From IMG/VR virus record IMGVR_UViG_3300020446_001892, positions 19,698 to 83,697 of that record: 64,000 bases of DNA. One strand, written 5' to 3'. The notes beneath the pieces are model-generated. The model made no database searches and was not told the origin of the DNA. It saw nothing but the letters and a program-made list of their open reading frames with translations. A program made the translations under genes and the position numbers. Positions 12,501-20,719 of this stretch are shown piece after piece (position 1 is the stretch's first letter; the number at the start of each line of letters is the position of its first letter). This DNA comes from a virus.

Positions 12501-15454
12501 GCACAAGTAAAGGATAATGCATTATCAGCAATAGTAATTGTATTTGCTGTTGTTAATCCATGTGTGGCAGAAGTTATAACCATGTTACCGTCAGCAGGAG
12601 TATATACAATATCAGTAATTGGATTAGGTAAATTACCAACATTACTTTGTACTGATCCTGATACAAATGTATGTGCATAAGCACCGCCAGATTGAACTGC
12701 GTTGCTTGCTGTACCACCTACATATGTGTGCGGACTTCCAGTTACAAAACTTGCGTTAACAAAATATATAACTTCATCTTGAATAAATTGTTTATTGCTT
12801 TTTATTACTTTTGCGGCTTGTTTGTAAAATCCTAAATTACTTACATCAGATCCCACTTGTATTGGTTTAGTGTTATCAGACAAGTAATGATTACCAAAAA
12901 ATCCTGTTTGTATACCTTCTTGATTAAAGAACGGCGTTCCTGTGGTATGTAGGGTTACACCATCAAATTCACTATCTCTATAAAAATATGTTCTTGCCCA
13001 TTTACTTTGTGAAACACGTTGTTTCGGACGTATTATTACTCGTCTAAATTCATCACCTTTGAGTGATGTATTATTAGGCAGTCTGATTGGATAGTCTTCT
13101 TCATATTGTCCTGTTTCTACTCTTATTGTAACTTGCTTTTTCTTAACAAAGTTACCCATTTCAAGTTCTTCGCCTGGTGATTGTGTAGCATTGTCCTGTG
13201 TTGCATCAAACTCTTTAGGCTCTAATAATTGCATGAAGAAAGTTGTTTCATTAGTTGTTTGAGAAAATGTAATAATTCTACCTAATGCACCTGATCTCTT
13301 ACCTCTGATAACTTTTCCTGGTAAAGCATCTGTGTTGTCTGGATTAGTTTGGTCAATAAATCCGCTAGAGTTGTTATCTACAGTTAAGAAGTATCTGCTT
13401 CCAAACACTATGTCTGCACCTGACTCAATACCGTTTTGAATAATATTATTGATTAATGCTACATTGTTTGTCACAGAACTTGCGGCATTAGGTTCTGCAC
13501 CGCCACCAATACCATCGCTTACTTGTGTGCCTGAAGTATCTTGTTGGAATTTAGTTTGATAACGTAATCCAATTTTTCCTACAGAAGTATAATTGCTAAA
13601 AGTGCTGTTGTCAAATGCAGTAGTTAAAGAAGCATCTGCAAATAATTCTGCTGTTGTTGCATCAATTACTTTTACAAAAGCAAATTTATCATTTATTTCA
13701 GTCATACCTCCAACACCGAAAAATTGTATAATATTTCCGTCGGATAATCCGTGATCTGTCTGTGTTATAATTCTTCCAGGATTTGCTCCATCAAATTTTG
13801 TTAAACCATTGTTATTTGCAAGCAAATCTTTTTCATTAAGTTTTTTATTTTGTAATATACTATCTGTTATTAAAGTGCCTAAGAAACTAAATGCATTTAC
13901 AGTTTGCTTTAATTGTGTTGTAATTGTAATTCTTCCGCTAACGCTAGAATAATATCTCTCAGCGGCAATCCTTGTCATACTGTTAGCAGTATCACCTCTA
14001 TTAGCGTCTATTCTTAAAGAATCAATTATTAATCCTAAGTCTCTTTCGCAAGTTGCTTTATTGTATGTAAAATTAGGAAATGTGTAGCTTATATACGCAC
14101 TAACTTCTGCTATAATATAATCTTTGTTTAATTTTAAAGTTGCATTAGTAATTGGTGAAGTTGGATTTTCAACTCCTTGCGTATCAGTAACACAGTCGGT
14201 TGTAGTACCACCAGTTGTATGTGCTAATGTTTGAAAATATGGTCCTGGCTCTTCCGGTGCTGTTTTTACTAATTCTTCTGCTCGTCTTGCCGCGGCATTT
14301 ATGGATCTAAAAGCATATGTAAATGATGTGCCTTCTTTTCCATTAGGTACACCTTGCATAGTATCGTCGCCGCTAGTACTAACATGCAACACCTCAGGTG
14401 AACTATATGCAGTGTTATCAACATAATATTTTGTTGCGGCTTGTAAGTCTTCTTCTCCGTTTGGAGTTCCGTCACCTGCTAAATCACCAGGATGATCTGA
14501 AAGGAATAATGTTCCTTCCATTGTGTCACCTTGCCTTCGAGTAATGCTCTTTCTAGGCATACCAACATCACTTAAGAAGTTGCCTGGAAGTGTCGCATCA
14601 TAACCAGCATCTGTAATTTTGTGTGTATCGTTAGCAGATATTGTTCCTGAAACATTAATTTTATTGGCCGCCGCCTCTGATGAAGATTCAGTTCTTGCTT
14701 CTTCTGCTGAATTAAATAATGATAGTTGATCTGTGGTAGCGAATCTAATATAATAGGTTTGGCCTGTAACTAGATTATTTGGATCTGTATCTTCCGCTGT
14801 GAAAATAAATGCTGTACCATTAGCACCACTATCATATCCGTGCCCTGCAATGAATAGGTTACCATCTACATAAGATGTTATAGTTTTAATAAATCCTGAG
14901 GTATCAGCTGGTTCTGGTGCAATTCTAATAGGCAGGCCACTTGTGATATATCTTCTATCTGCGTACCCTCTTGTGATAACAAGATCATCAATCGTGTAAC
15001 TTGTTGTTCTGCCAGGTTGGGAGTTTAAGGCAACTGCGGCAGATTCAGTAATTGCTACGCCGGCAATACCAAAATTTGCGGCGTTAAGATGTGATCCTAA
15101 TGTTGGAGCAGTATTATCATCTACAATAGCACTAAATGTTGTTGATAGGATAATTTTACCAGGTACTGATGCTGTATCAACTGATACACTATCATTATTA
15201 ATAGGATTTAAATCTGAATCACTACCAATTTCACTGTAAATAATGGCTGTACCAGATGCATTGGTTGTAATAATTTTTCCGCCTTCTATGGAATTTGGAG
15301 TATCTCCTAGTGTAGTAAATCCAATTTGTCCACCTTGTCCAAATACTGCATATAATTCTTGGAAGTTTTCATTTACTTTACGAAAGGATTCACGTATACT
15401 ATCGCCGGTGCCGTCATTACCCTCAACACCAATGTTTACATCTTGTTTTGCCAT
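6560..15454 (-). CDS. Giant tail fibre/baseplate protein (2964 aa) with C-terminal autoproteolytic chaperone domain
   Basis: N-terminal NDGTGDSIRESFRKVNENF; AATKYYVD fibre motif; internal repeats; C-terminal YADLAEYY...VAGVVS...GKVPV...IGKA. Confidence 0.8.
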   Translation of the reverse strand: MAKQDVNIGVEGNDGTGDSIRESFRKVNENFQELYAVFGQGGQIGFTTLGDTPNSIEGGKIITTNASGTAIIYSEIGSDSDLNPINNDSVSVDTASVPGKIILSTTFSAIVDDNTAPTLGSHLNAANFGIAGVAITESAAVALNSQPGRTTSYTIDDLVITRGYADRRYITSGLPIRIAPEPADTSGFIKTITSYVDGNLFIAGHGYDSGANGTAFIFTAEDTDPNNLVTGQTYYIRFATTDQLSLFNSAEEARTESSSEAAANKINVSGTISANDTHKITDAGYDATLPGNFLSDVGMPRKSITRRQGDTMEGTLFLSDHPGDLAGDGTPNGEEDLQAATKYYVDNTAYSSPEVLHVSTSGDDTMQGVPNGKEGTSFTYAFRSINAAARRAEELVKTAPEEPGPYFQTLAHTTGGTTTDCVTDTQGVENPTSPITNATLKLNKDYIIAEVSAYISYTFPNFTYNKATCERDLGLIIDSLRIDANRGDTANSMTRIAAERYYSSVSGRITITTQLKQTVNAFSFLGTLITDSILQNKKLNEKDLLANNNGLTKFDGANPGRIITQTDHGLSDGNIIQFFGVGGMTEINDKFAFVKVIDATTAELFADASLTTAFDNSTFSNYTSVGKIGLRYQTKFQQDTSGTQVSDGIGGGAEPNAASSVTNNVALINNIIQNGIESGADIVFGSRYFLTVDNNSSGFIDQTNPDNTDALPGKVIRGKRSGALGRIITFSQTTNETTFFMQLLEPKEFDATQDNATQSPGEELEMGNFVKKKQVTIRVETGQYEEDYPIRLPNNTSLKGDEFRRVIIRPKQRVSQSKWARTYFYRDSEFDGVTLHTTGTPFFNQEGIQTGFFGNHYLSDNTKPIQVGSDVSNLGFYKQAAKVIKSNKQFIQDEVIYFVNASFVTGSPHTYVGGTASNAVQSGGAYAHTFVSGSVQSNVGNLPNPITDIVYTPADGNMVITSATHGLTTANTITIADNALSFTCAMDGNTATKTYPRSTDPASGQTLAITASDTNTFTINVGASPIVNHDVTNAIYDPATGDMTLTIGPHTLSAGTSIKIATNSLTFTCDIDDNATNHTYPRVGDPAYDTAINIDSTGTNTITVNVGVQGTFTYNEEKCRRDTGIIVDGLVRDLLNGGKEFALENQGEYYSGAVSGQESQTAAAIGHISTLAGQLLVGTAPTKHAGTNFDPDISAGDVQPVWSAGNLYAQGDFVVRGTGGGARYYRALRKHTSTSANEVVDPGTSNIILDPDIWVEVTSVVTLVGQLIDIVQYPLENPSTWNPPLRNDQMDVFLLDDATIVRNVTVQGHGGFMCVLDPEGQVLTKSPYIQTASSFSKSENKKAFRGGMYVDAYTGNIPMRILANSGSSTSVGVSGGAVTLNSFTIAVESLDVGGQPQGLKLRLPQLPAPFYFEGIRYQVNAISNYDSGTGKAVLYLDPGSNSSNGYNKAGGDSPGDPGHGDDDIIQDLFLQTAGNRSILGNDFTQINDLAYGLVTNNGAFSEMVSMFTYYTHAAYYAANGSEIRSLNGSNGYGNFGLVAEGADPNEIPDQVTLARDQAQAIKAFTFGSFTNAVGDTSITVYDYKVNPLKNAIVYVPHSTVGPLNYKITNIQNLSDPNNNGDIGADGAPVVTGINSLDSTFGGGAGFTGTPANSTGNFTITQNTTTGTGTGFKAVVSISAGTVSGITIGNSGQGHAIADEITLLGTSMGGASPTNDLTVKVGAIFQGTAGTFSNEIYRLTIQEAGSNTDFFPDIQENIAHDDLIEYRHSETLIFDGVNSQDITERPSTAVNFDESDTKTYRSTSFTITDDQGANLPSTQIKAIFDTDFDYVEVELDPLGRSTQASLVGGTGQMGANNTDQYLSVKALNAGDAIRILQDATDTVNQTIKNPGDAGYTGGMIFSYNSRILQAIEYGAVTTGTITDIQIAGSGDFEITITDNTHGLSNGDQVTFSDILGTTQLNGTTKFVGDVTLNTFVLYEDAGLTSKTNGSTFTAYTGPSGTWVDAESVYFLKVQALTANDVTGSTANNIGYVNDVQRNVYAGLINGTTAEITIAISLLRATGHDFTEIGTGGFNTSNYPNVLLGSAVGGLEAKAGPYTDADNATSSQVWERRKGRVFFISSDNDGFFRVGKYFVVDQSTGSITFAGEVGISRAASLGFKEGVTIDEFSNDELFTDNSDTAVPTEKAIANYVSRRLGHNGTAQLTGSNRFDPGFLALNGSTGMEATLDMSSNKIANLQDPTDLKDAVTKEFMDEAVSAYDEITDLRNWTDHSVSPANLTKQLVVPTGVRKIVVEAESSTLFDPNSANKEITGSGGATGTLIAREARFDKVQNANVVILTYTPGATDFTNLGSVQQTSPSVSSAILEAPIDEYVRAVESTASDINLTVTRGATNTEWDLQIEADSIINADVHAPIDNTEFTTDAIVQSKLNMNVASAIAAAPTGDAQTIQASLGVAAFDDDDFTVTDGWVTLKENQVDLADLPELDQYQIIGRTTAGVGDPEIDTYANVVDKGLGIADGDFTAVQPYGNPVNDPGKALITTGTGVYTTSEVAYDNENVSIAKRDDSGNLHATAFIVGANSTNVVLSESSNTLTFSTPEQGKILDAVGSSKPTINTGGVIRVGDISAYTESVLHRNSPFGSVGGAGGGTTEVSAVRTRWTYTSFIEAPDELDGTGTGIGIGENTGFSQGGADIVTFVTGGNVEAKVTTTGIESDDIRSMTTDTNLNIQANGTGTVYVNDTMTVTGQITGTIDNADNATNANNINVDEKNDSVNYQVLFSDANGTSFQRPYIDTDDAHFTYNPNTHSLTVGTIQATTLTTGAATTTGSVTGRWSLTANSRFEATYADLAEYYEGDKEYEVGTVLIFGGEKEVTESTEHKSTKVAGVVSDQSAYTMNQECPGIKTLVALQGKVPVNVIGKIQKGDMLVASAIPGYAVADNDPKVGSVIGKAIDTKDDADKGVVNAVVGRV

Positions 15455-15525
15455 TATATTTACTCCAGGTTAAACTGCTTAAACATATTTATCGTTTGTT
15501 TTTATAATCTTAATGTAAATACTAT

Positions 15526-15813
15526 ATGTTCATTAAAGAATATAGTATTAAAACTAAACATACACGTAAAAGCAAGTTAGGTGCTGAACATACATATATG
15601 AGAAGCCAAACTATTGCTTTATTTAAGTGTGATAGTTGTGATGAGGAATTTAAACGGCTTAGAAGCAGTATGGATCCTAAGCGTCTAAGTAATAATTATT
15701 TTCATGTTTGTAAAAATTGTAATGCAAAAGTTTTTGCACAGAAAAAAGGCATAGAAAAGAAGCAAATGTGGGATTTGCCTGCAAGTTCTGATATCCCTAT
15801 TAGTAAACTTTAA
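15526..15813 (+). CDS. Small Zn-finger-like protein
   Basis: CDSC and CKNC pairs; TAAATA element 4 nt before the ATG. Confidence 0.65.
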   Translation: MFIKEYSIKTKHTRKSKLGAEHTYMRSQTIALFKCDSCDEEFKRLRSSMDPKRLSNNYFHVCKNCNAKVFAQKKGIEKKQMWDLPASSDIPISKL

Positions 15814-16094
15814 ACAGCAAATGATTCACCACAACCGCAACTGGCTGTAGCATTAGGATTTACTACTTTTAGATAAGATCCGCCTAGCTCTTCTACATAG
15901 TCAACAGTGCAACCAAATACAAACATTTCTGCCATAGGATCTAACCATAGATTTCCTATTGTTGCTTCTTTGTCAGTTACACCCCATTCGTATTGAAAAC
16001 CAGAACATCCTCCACCTTTGACTGTTAGAGATACATTAGGCTTACCTACTTTTGCAAGATAAGCCTTTGCATTATCAGTCAATTGAAGTTTCAT
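15810..16094 (-). CDS. iscA: IscA/HesB-family Fe-S cluster assembly protein
   Basis: GGGCSG and NPNATASCGCGESF motifs; start set at ATGA overlap (16094). Confidence 0.92.
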   Translation of the reverse strand: MKLQLTDNAKAYLAKVGKPNVSLTVKGGGCSGFQYEWGVTDKEATIGNLWLDPMAEMFVFGCTVDYVEELGGSYLKVVNPNATASCGCGESFAV

Positions 16095-16255
16095 TCGCTT
16101 TTCCAGATTGTCCATGCACCGTATGCAATAGCAATGCCTGCCGCAATTTTAGCTAACGGAGCAAGAAACAAAACCATTAAGCCTAGTATTACAAGCGCCG
16201 CACCATCCCAAGATGTGCGTTCCTTCATTCTTGAATCTAACCACTTTTTAATCAT
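16091..16255 (-). CDS. Small membrane protein (54 aa)
   Basis: MIKKWLDSRMKERTSWDGAALVILGLMVLFLAPLAKIAAGIAIAYGAWTIWKSE; ATGA overlaps at both ends; below ORF-track cutoff. Confidence 0.7.
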   Translation of the reverse strand: MIKKWLDSRMKERTSWDGAALVILGLMVLFLAPLAKIAAGIAIAYGAWTIWKSE

Positions 16256-16437
16256 GCGTACTTCTCCCCTTTTGATGTAAAGGAACCGGTAGTTTTCATT
16301 CCTTTTACTTGTTTTTTAACTAAATTAGATTGTTTTACATTTAGTTGTGTTCGACTATTACCACCTGATCCTATTTTATCTGGTCTAGGACTAGTAATTT
16401 TGTCAACTTTTAAGTCTTTTCCACTATCAATATACAT
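16252..16437 (-). CDS. Hypothetical basic protein
   Basis: Translationally coupled to both neighbours; AGGAG SD. Confidence 0.55.
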   Translation of the reverse strand: MYIDSGKDLKVDKITSPRPDKIGSGGNSRTQLNVKQSNLVKKQVKGMKTTGSFTSKGEKYA

Positions 16438-16730
16438 TACTTACTCCTTACGAAAGTATTTAAACTTTCAAGTGTTTTACTTTGTCTGGAGACAGTTCTT
16501 TCAAGAACGCTTATAGCCGCTCGTTGTTTACGTATTTGATCCTCTAAACTTTGCACATACCTAAAACTAGGTACTTGTTGTTCTGCACCGTCCTCACTAA
16601 CCATAACAATATGATCAACTCCTTGCCCTTTTAATCCTCCTGTGACTCTATTTGGATTTTTACCAGAGGGGAGCGAAGGTTGGTCGGTTTGAATCGGCTT
16701 TCTGCCGTACATTTTGTTTAGATAACTCAT
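16437..16730 (-). CDS. Hypothetical protein with C-terminal coiled coil
   Basis: GGAG SD and TAAATA upstream of ATG 16730. Confidence 0.6.
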   Translation of the reverse strand: MSYLNKMYGRKPIQTDQPSLPSGKNPNRVTGGLKGQGVDHIVMVSEDGAEQQVPSFRYVQSLEDQIRKQRAAISVLERTVSRQSKTLESLNTFVRSK

Positions 16731-17796
16731 TATTGTTCTCCGTATAGTATTTATGCAGTGCAACAGATGCTAGATTTTTTGCTTTGCTTTCTACCATAAT
16801 ATCTGCATGTGCCAAAAAACTAAGTGCCCAGTCATTTACAGCATTATTCCACATGTAATCTGAATGAGCTCTAAGTTTAGCTTTTTTGTATTCGCCTGAT
16901 AATAAAATATCCATATCAGGTTTGCTGTCAATAGGATGTTCTACAAGAATATCTTCGCGTGATACGCTGTAATGAATCACAGGACGTACACCACGCCACG
17001 AATCTATTATGCGAGCAAATCTATCGTCGGAGGGAGATATATATTCTCCTGAATTGACCCAGTGATGGTGTATGTCAAGTACAAGTGCGACATCTTCGCA
17101 TAGTTCGAGCGATGCTTCGATCCCCCATTTGTTCTCGTCATTTTCGATTGTAATTGTGTTTCTCGCCTCCGCAGATAATCTTGGGAGGACTGCTTTGATA
17201 CCGGCTGGACCTTGCCTGCCGGATATGTGGACGTTACATTTAAAGTCCTGGAACGATTTGCCATAGCCCATCCATCTGATGCAATCAACATGATATTCAA
17301 ACTCCTCTATAGATCTTTCAACAATGTCCGGGTTGTCGCTTGCAAGTACAGTAAATTGGCCTGGGTGCATCGATAATCTGACATCGAGGGCTCTTGCTGT
17401 TTCACCGACTGGCTTGAAGTGTTTCTCGCAGTAGTCACGAACATCTTGCTTACGCCAATAATAAGACCAAGTAGGCTCGGTATAAACAGGAAGCACATCG
17501 CTACCCAGTCTGACCATACGAAGTTCTGGAGGAAGGCTTCCCACATACTCAATTAACCTTTTGTATGACGCAATGTTGTGAACCATTATGTCCCACAAGC
17601 GTTCTTCAGCTACGTCACGTGTTTGTCTATTCAACCATGCGACAGTTGTGCTACGTGTATTTAGCGGACGTTGTATTTCTTCTAGTAATTTTTTCTTTTG
17701 TGTTTGATCAGGATGCAGATATTTGCAAGCAAACCCTATACGTTTTTGCTGGTTCTTCAAAAAGTCACCTGCTGATGTAAATATTAAATCATTCAT
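16660..17796 (-). CDS. uvsE: UV damage endonuclease UvdE/UvsE
   Basis: IGFAC, RLSMHPGQF, ENDE, LDIHHH and RAHSDY motifs. Confidence 0.9.
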   Translation of the reverse strand: MNDLIFTSAGDFLKNQQKRIGFACKYLHPDQTQKKKLLEEIQRPLNTRSTTVAWLNRQTRDVAEERLWDIMVHNIASYKRLIEYVGSLPPELRMVRLGSDVLPVYTEPTWSYYWRKQDVRDYCEKHFKPVGETARALDVRLSMHPGQFTVLASDNPDIVERSIEEFEYHVDCIRWMGYGKSFQDFKCNVHISGRQGPAGIKAVLPRLSAEARNTITIENDENKWGIEASLELCEDVALVLDIHHHWVNSGEYISPSDDRFARIIDSWRGVRPVIHYSVSREDILVEHPIDSKPDMDILLSGEYKKAKLRAHSDYMWNNAVNDWALSFLAHADIMVESKAKNLASVALHKYYTENNNELSKQNVRQKADSNRPTFAPLW

Positions 17797-18496
17797 TAAT
17801 TATGCCTTTAATTTTCCAGGGTGTAAAGCATACACTTCCTAGACTTATGTGGTCTGCTCCTGCATTGATATATGCTTGAGCATCTTGTTTTGTACTTACA
17901 CCGCCACCTGCAATTACTTGCACATGTGAATGCTTGTTTTTTATGTATTCAATTAGTTTCATAGTATATGGCATAATAATTTTGCCTGATAATCCACCCT
18001 TATCGCTTGGTATTGTATTACTTGCATGTATTTGATTATAGCCTATTTCGACTAATTTGTCAACCATATTATTATCAGCTATAGGAGGTATTTTTACAAT
18101 AGTAAATTCTCCACGCATATGTTCAGGAAACTTATCAAAACTAGGCCAATTCATAGTATCATTACATGCATCTAAATTAGGACAACTAATGTTAAGTTCT
18201 ATATTTCTTTCTGGACCTATGGCTAATAGTATTTTCTCCCAATCAGAAGGATCTAGAGCCGCTAAACTAAGCACCTGGCTGTAAGATGTTTTAAGCATGC
18301 CTGCGAATAGTCCAGGATTACGCAATCCCAATTGATTACGCCATCCCCATCCGGCTTCAGTCTTTACATAACGTAAAGTTTTTATTATCTGTTTAATACG
18401 GCCTGGTCTAGGGTTAACTGTAAATGTTCCTTTAACACTTATAGCATTTTTAAATTTTAAATAATTCCCAAATGGTGCACTTATAAAATATTTCAT
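17789..18496 (-). CDS. Dihydroorotate dehydrogenase-like FMN oxidoreductase
   Basis: NxxGLRNPG, ELNISCPN, VKIPP, SNT, GGLSG, IAGGGV motifs. Confidence 0.75.
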   Translation of the reverse strand: MKYFISAPFGNYLKFKNAISVKGTFTVNPRPGRIKQIIKTLRYVKTEAGWGWRNQLGLRNPGLFAGMLKTSYSQVLSLAALDPSDWEKILLAIGPERNIELNISCPNLDACNDTMNWPSFDKFPEHMRGEFTIVKIPPIADNNMVDKLVEIGYNQIHASNTIPSDKGGLSGKIIMPYTMKLIEYIKNKHSHVQVIAGGGVSTKQDAQAYINAGADHISLGSVCFTPWKIKGIINE

Positions 18497-19311
18497 TTCC
18501 AATTCTCCAATACCCAAGGATCTTCACAATTAGCAGGATTTGGATCTCCGTGAAATACACATAAACAAGTTTCAGGTCTTGGTTCTACATGTTCTATTGT
18601 TGCAAGTTTCCTATTGCCTTTGACACCGCCAGGTGCAAACGATCTATCTGATCTAATTTCCCACTTCCAACTCATTATCCATTCATCTGGGAATAACCTT
18701 GCATTTTTTCCGTTACGGACTGATTCATCATACAAATAGTCTTGATCACCAAAAAATTGTTTTTGAATAGCTAATGGATCTCGCGAGTATTTGTCCCACA
18801 AAAATCCTAATTGTCCAGTTTGAAATCTAACTACACTACTATTGTATCGTTGCCATCCTGGTCTCATAACTCTTGTAAAATCTCTAACTGTACACCAGTA
18901 TCCCGGTTGAAAAACAAATAACCTATCTAAATTACCTGCAACCACAACGTCGAGATCCATATATAAAATAGTGCCTTTAATAGGCAAATCCGCAGAATAC
19001 ATATATGGTTTGCACCACCATCCTGCTAAATTACTTGGTAATGGAATAACTATAATATCTTCATGTAAGCCGTTGGAATCTTCAGTCATACATGCAAACT
19101 TGAAATCAATAGTTGTGTTACGTTTTACCATTCTAAATAAACGGTTTACATAGTCAGCAGAATACTTTGTTCCATGTTTCAAACATAAAACAAAATATTC
19201 ACTTTCCGTTGTTGGAATAGCTAATCTTTTAGACTCTTTTTCTCTACGTCTTAATTCACGTATCCGATGCCATTCTTTTTTAGTGTAAATTTCTTTTTCA
19301 ATCTTAGCCAT
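18493..19311 (-). CDS. Glycosyltransferase-like protein (GT-A, DxD)
   Basis: LKHGTKYSADYV, WWCK, YMDLDVV, GDQDY, FHGDPNP. Confidence 0.7.
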   Translation of the reverse strand: MAKIEKEIYTKKEWHRIRELRRREKESKRLAIPTTESEYFVLCLKHGTKYSADYVNRLFRMVKRNTTIDFKFACMTEDSNGLHEDIIVIPLPSNLAGWWCKPYMYSADLPIKGTILYMDLDVVVAGNLDRLFVFQPGYWCTVRDFTRVMRPGWQRYNSSVVRFQTGQLGFLWDKYSRDPLAIQKQFFGDQDYLYDESVRNGKNARLFPDEWIMSWKWEIRSDRSFAPGGVKGNRKLATIEHVEPRPETCLCVFHGDPNPANCEDPWVLENWK

Positions 19312-19783
19312 CTATGTGTGATATCTTTTGCCATGTAAAGGGTGTATAGATAGCACTATTGGCACCATGCTCTGCACATTCTGCTGACTCGCACCATACT
19401 CTGCCACCTGTGTCATTCTTAACAAGTTCATTAGCAAAGTTCCAAGCATGATAAGCAAAACGCTCTGCACCTACACCATCAAGTTGTACAATCTGTGCAA
19501 GTCCTTTTGTCTCAAGCAATAGTAATTCGTCTTTCATTGGATCATTTTTATCAATCACAGTTTTGTGATCAAAAGTATCTTCTAGCCATTGCTTCAAAGG
19601 TTTCAATCCACCAAAGTCCTGTACCCAGTTCCTATGATCTAAATCACTAGAACCAAACGTAAACTTAAATTGTAAACTGTATCCATGTAAAAATCTACAG
19701 TGTGAATGATCTGCGTGTGGTTGACGGAACACCGCTGAAAGTCCGATGTTGTGTCCGTATGTTTTTGTACTGTAATAAGCCAT
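19304..19783 (-). CDS. queD: 6-pyruvoyl-tetrahydropterin synthase / QueD family
   Basis: HCRFLHGY, DFGGLK, FDH, terminal ExxxNSA. Confidence 0.85.
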   Translation of the reverse strand: MAYYSTKTYGHNIGLSAVFRQPHADHSHCRFLHGYSLQFKFTFGSSDLDHRNWVQDFGGLKPLKQWLEDTFDHKTVIDKNDPMKDELLLLETKGLAQIVQLDGVGAERFAYHAWNFANELVKNDTGGRVWCESAECAEHGANSAIYTPFTWQKISHIDG

Positions 19784-19814
19784 ATTTCTGTGTCCTTGTG
19801 TTTAGTATATAATA

Positions 19815-20381
19815 CTATATATTTTCTATATTGTCAAGCGAAACATTTTCAAATAACCAATTTTTTGGACATGTCCAATCTATTTTATTATATATTTTAA
19901 AGTTAGTATTAGGATAATGTTTAAAAACCATTTCTATTTGATGCACCCAATATCGTGGGTCAACTGCATTTTTTGTACCAGCATCATAACCTAACGTATC
20001 TTTATAGATATTATTTACATTATTTGTGTTTGAATAAAGATCAAATCCAATCATCTTTATATCTTGTGACATTTGAGCACCTAATAACACTGCATAAGGA
20101 CCGCTCCCCCATTGAAAAGGTTCGTCCCAACGTTCATTGCCTTCATATGGCAAATTAGGCACTGTAGCAACATTTTTAAATTGATTTACCCAATCATGAC
20201 GTGTATAAATTTTTCCTTTAAATTGTGCAGACTGGGCTTGTTGCACCATGCGTCTATCTACGCATATAAGATGGTCAACATAAAAGTCTCTTTGAATAGC
20301 ATTGCAACCTATTTTTATGCTGTCTATATTGTTTATATCTAAGCCGGATCTACTTTCACCGTTTCCAATTATCAGAGTCAT
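19815..20381 (-). CDS. Rossmann-like protein (DUF115/MptE/GT29-like)
   Basis: IIGNGESR, GCNA, SG, IGFD pattern. Confidence 0.55.
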   Translation of the reverse strand: MTLIIGNGESRSGLDINNIDSIKIGCNAIQRDFYVDHLICVDRRMVQQAQSAQFKGKIYTRHDWVNQFKNVATVPNLPYEGNERWDEPFQWGSGPYAVLLGAQMSQDIKMIGFDLYSNTNNVNNIYKDTLGYDAGTKNAVDPRYWVHQIEMVFKHYPNTNFKIYNKIDWTCPKNWLFENVSLDNIENI

Positions 20382-20664
20382 TTTCAAACATCTTCTTTGT
20401 TTCTTTTATTTCTTTCAATACTTCTGCAAAGGTTAGTTCGTTTGCTTTTTGATAAGCAAAAATAATTTTTATTTTATCTACGCACCACCACCACCAAAAT
20501 ACACTAACACTTAAAAAAACTAATATTATTGTACAAATGACATTACGCCTATAATCTTCGAAGCCTATTAAGTCTGTCGTCATAAGAATAAAAACAGCCA
20601 AAAACGGTAATGTCCAGGCTGCATATTTCCAATATTTAACTTGCCTTTGTATTTTTTTCCACAT
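20356..20664 (-). CDS. Hypothetical 2-TM membrane protein
   Basis: GGAGG SD; two hydrophobic segments. Confidence 0.6.
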   Translation of the reverse strand: MWKKIQRQVKYWKYAAWTLPFLAVFILMTTDLIGFEDYRRNVICTIILVFLSVSVFWWWWCVDKIKIIFAYQKANELTFAEVLKEIKETKKMFENDSDNWKR

Positions 20665-20719
20665 ATTATTGCCTCCTTGCCTTTTAGCAAGAGTATTTAA
20701 TCTTTTTTTCATTGTTATT

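Noticed and set aside
2041-12680. Many long plus-strand ORFs (e.g. 5265-6155, 8178-8651) rich in V/L/P/S
   Set aside because: Antisense shadows of T/G/N-rich fibre genes; no SD or motifs.
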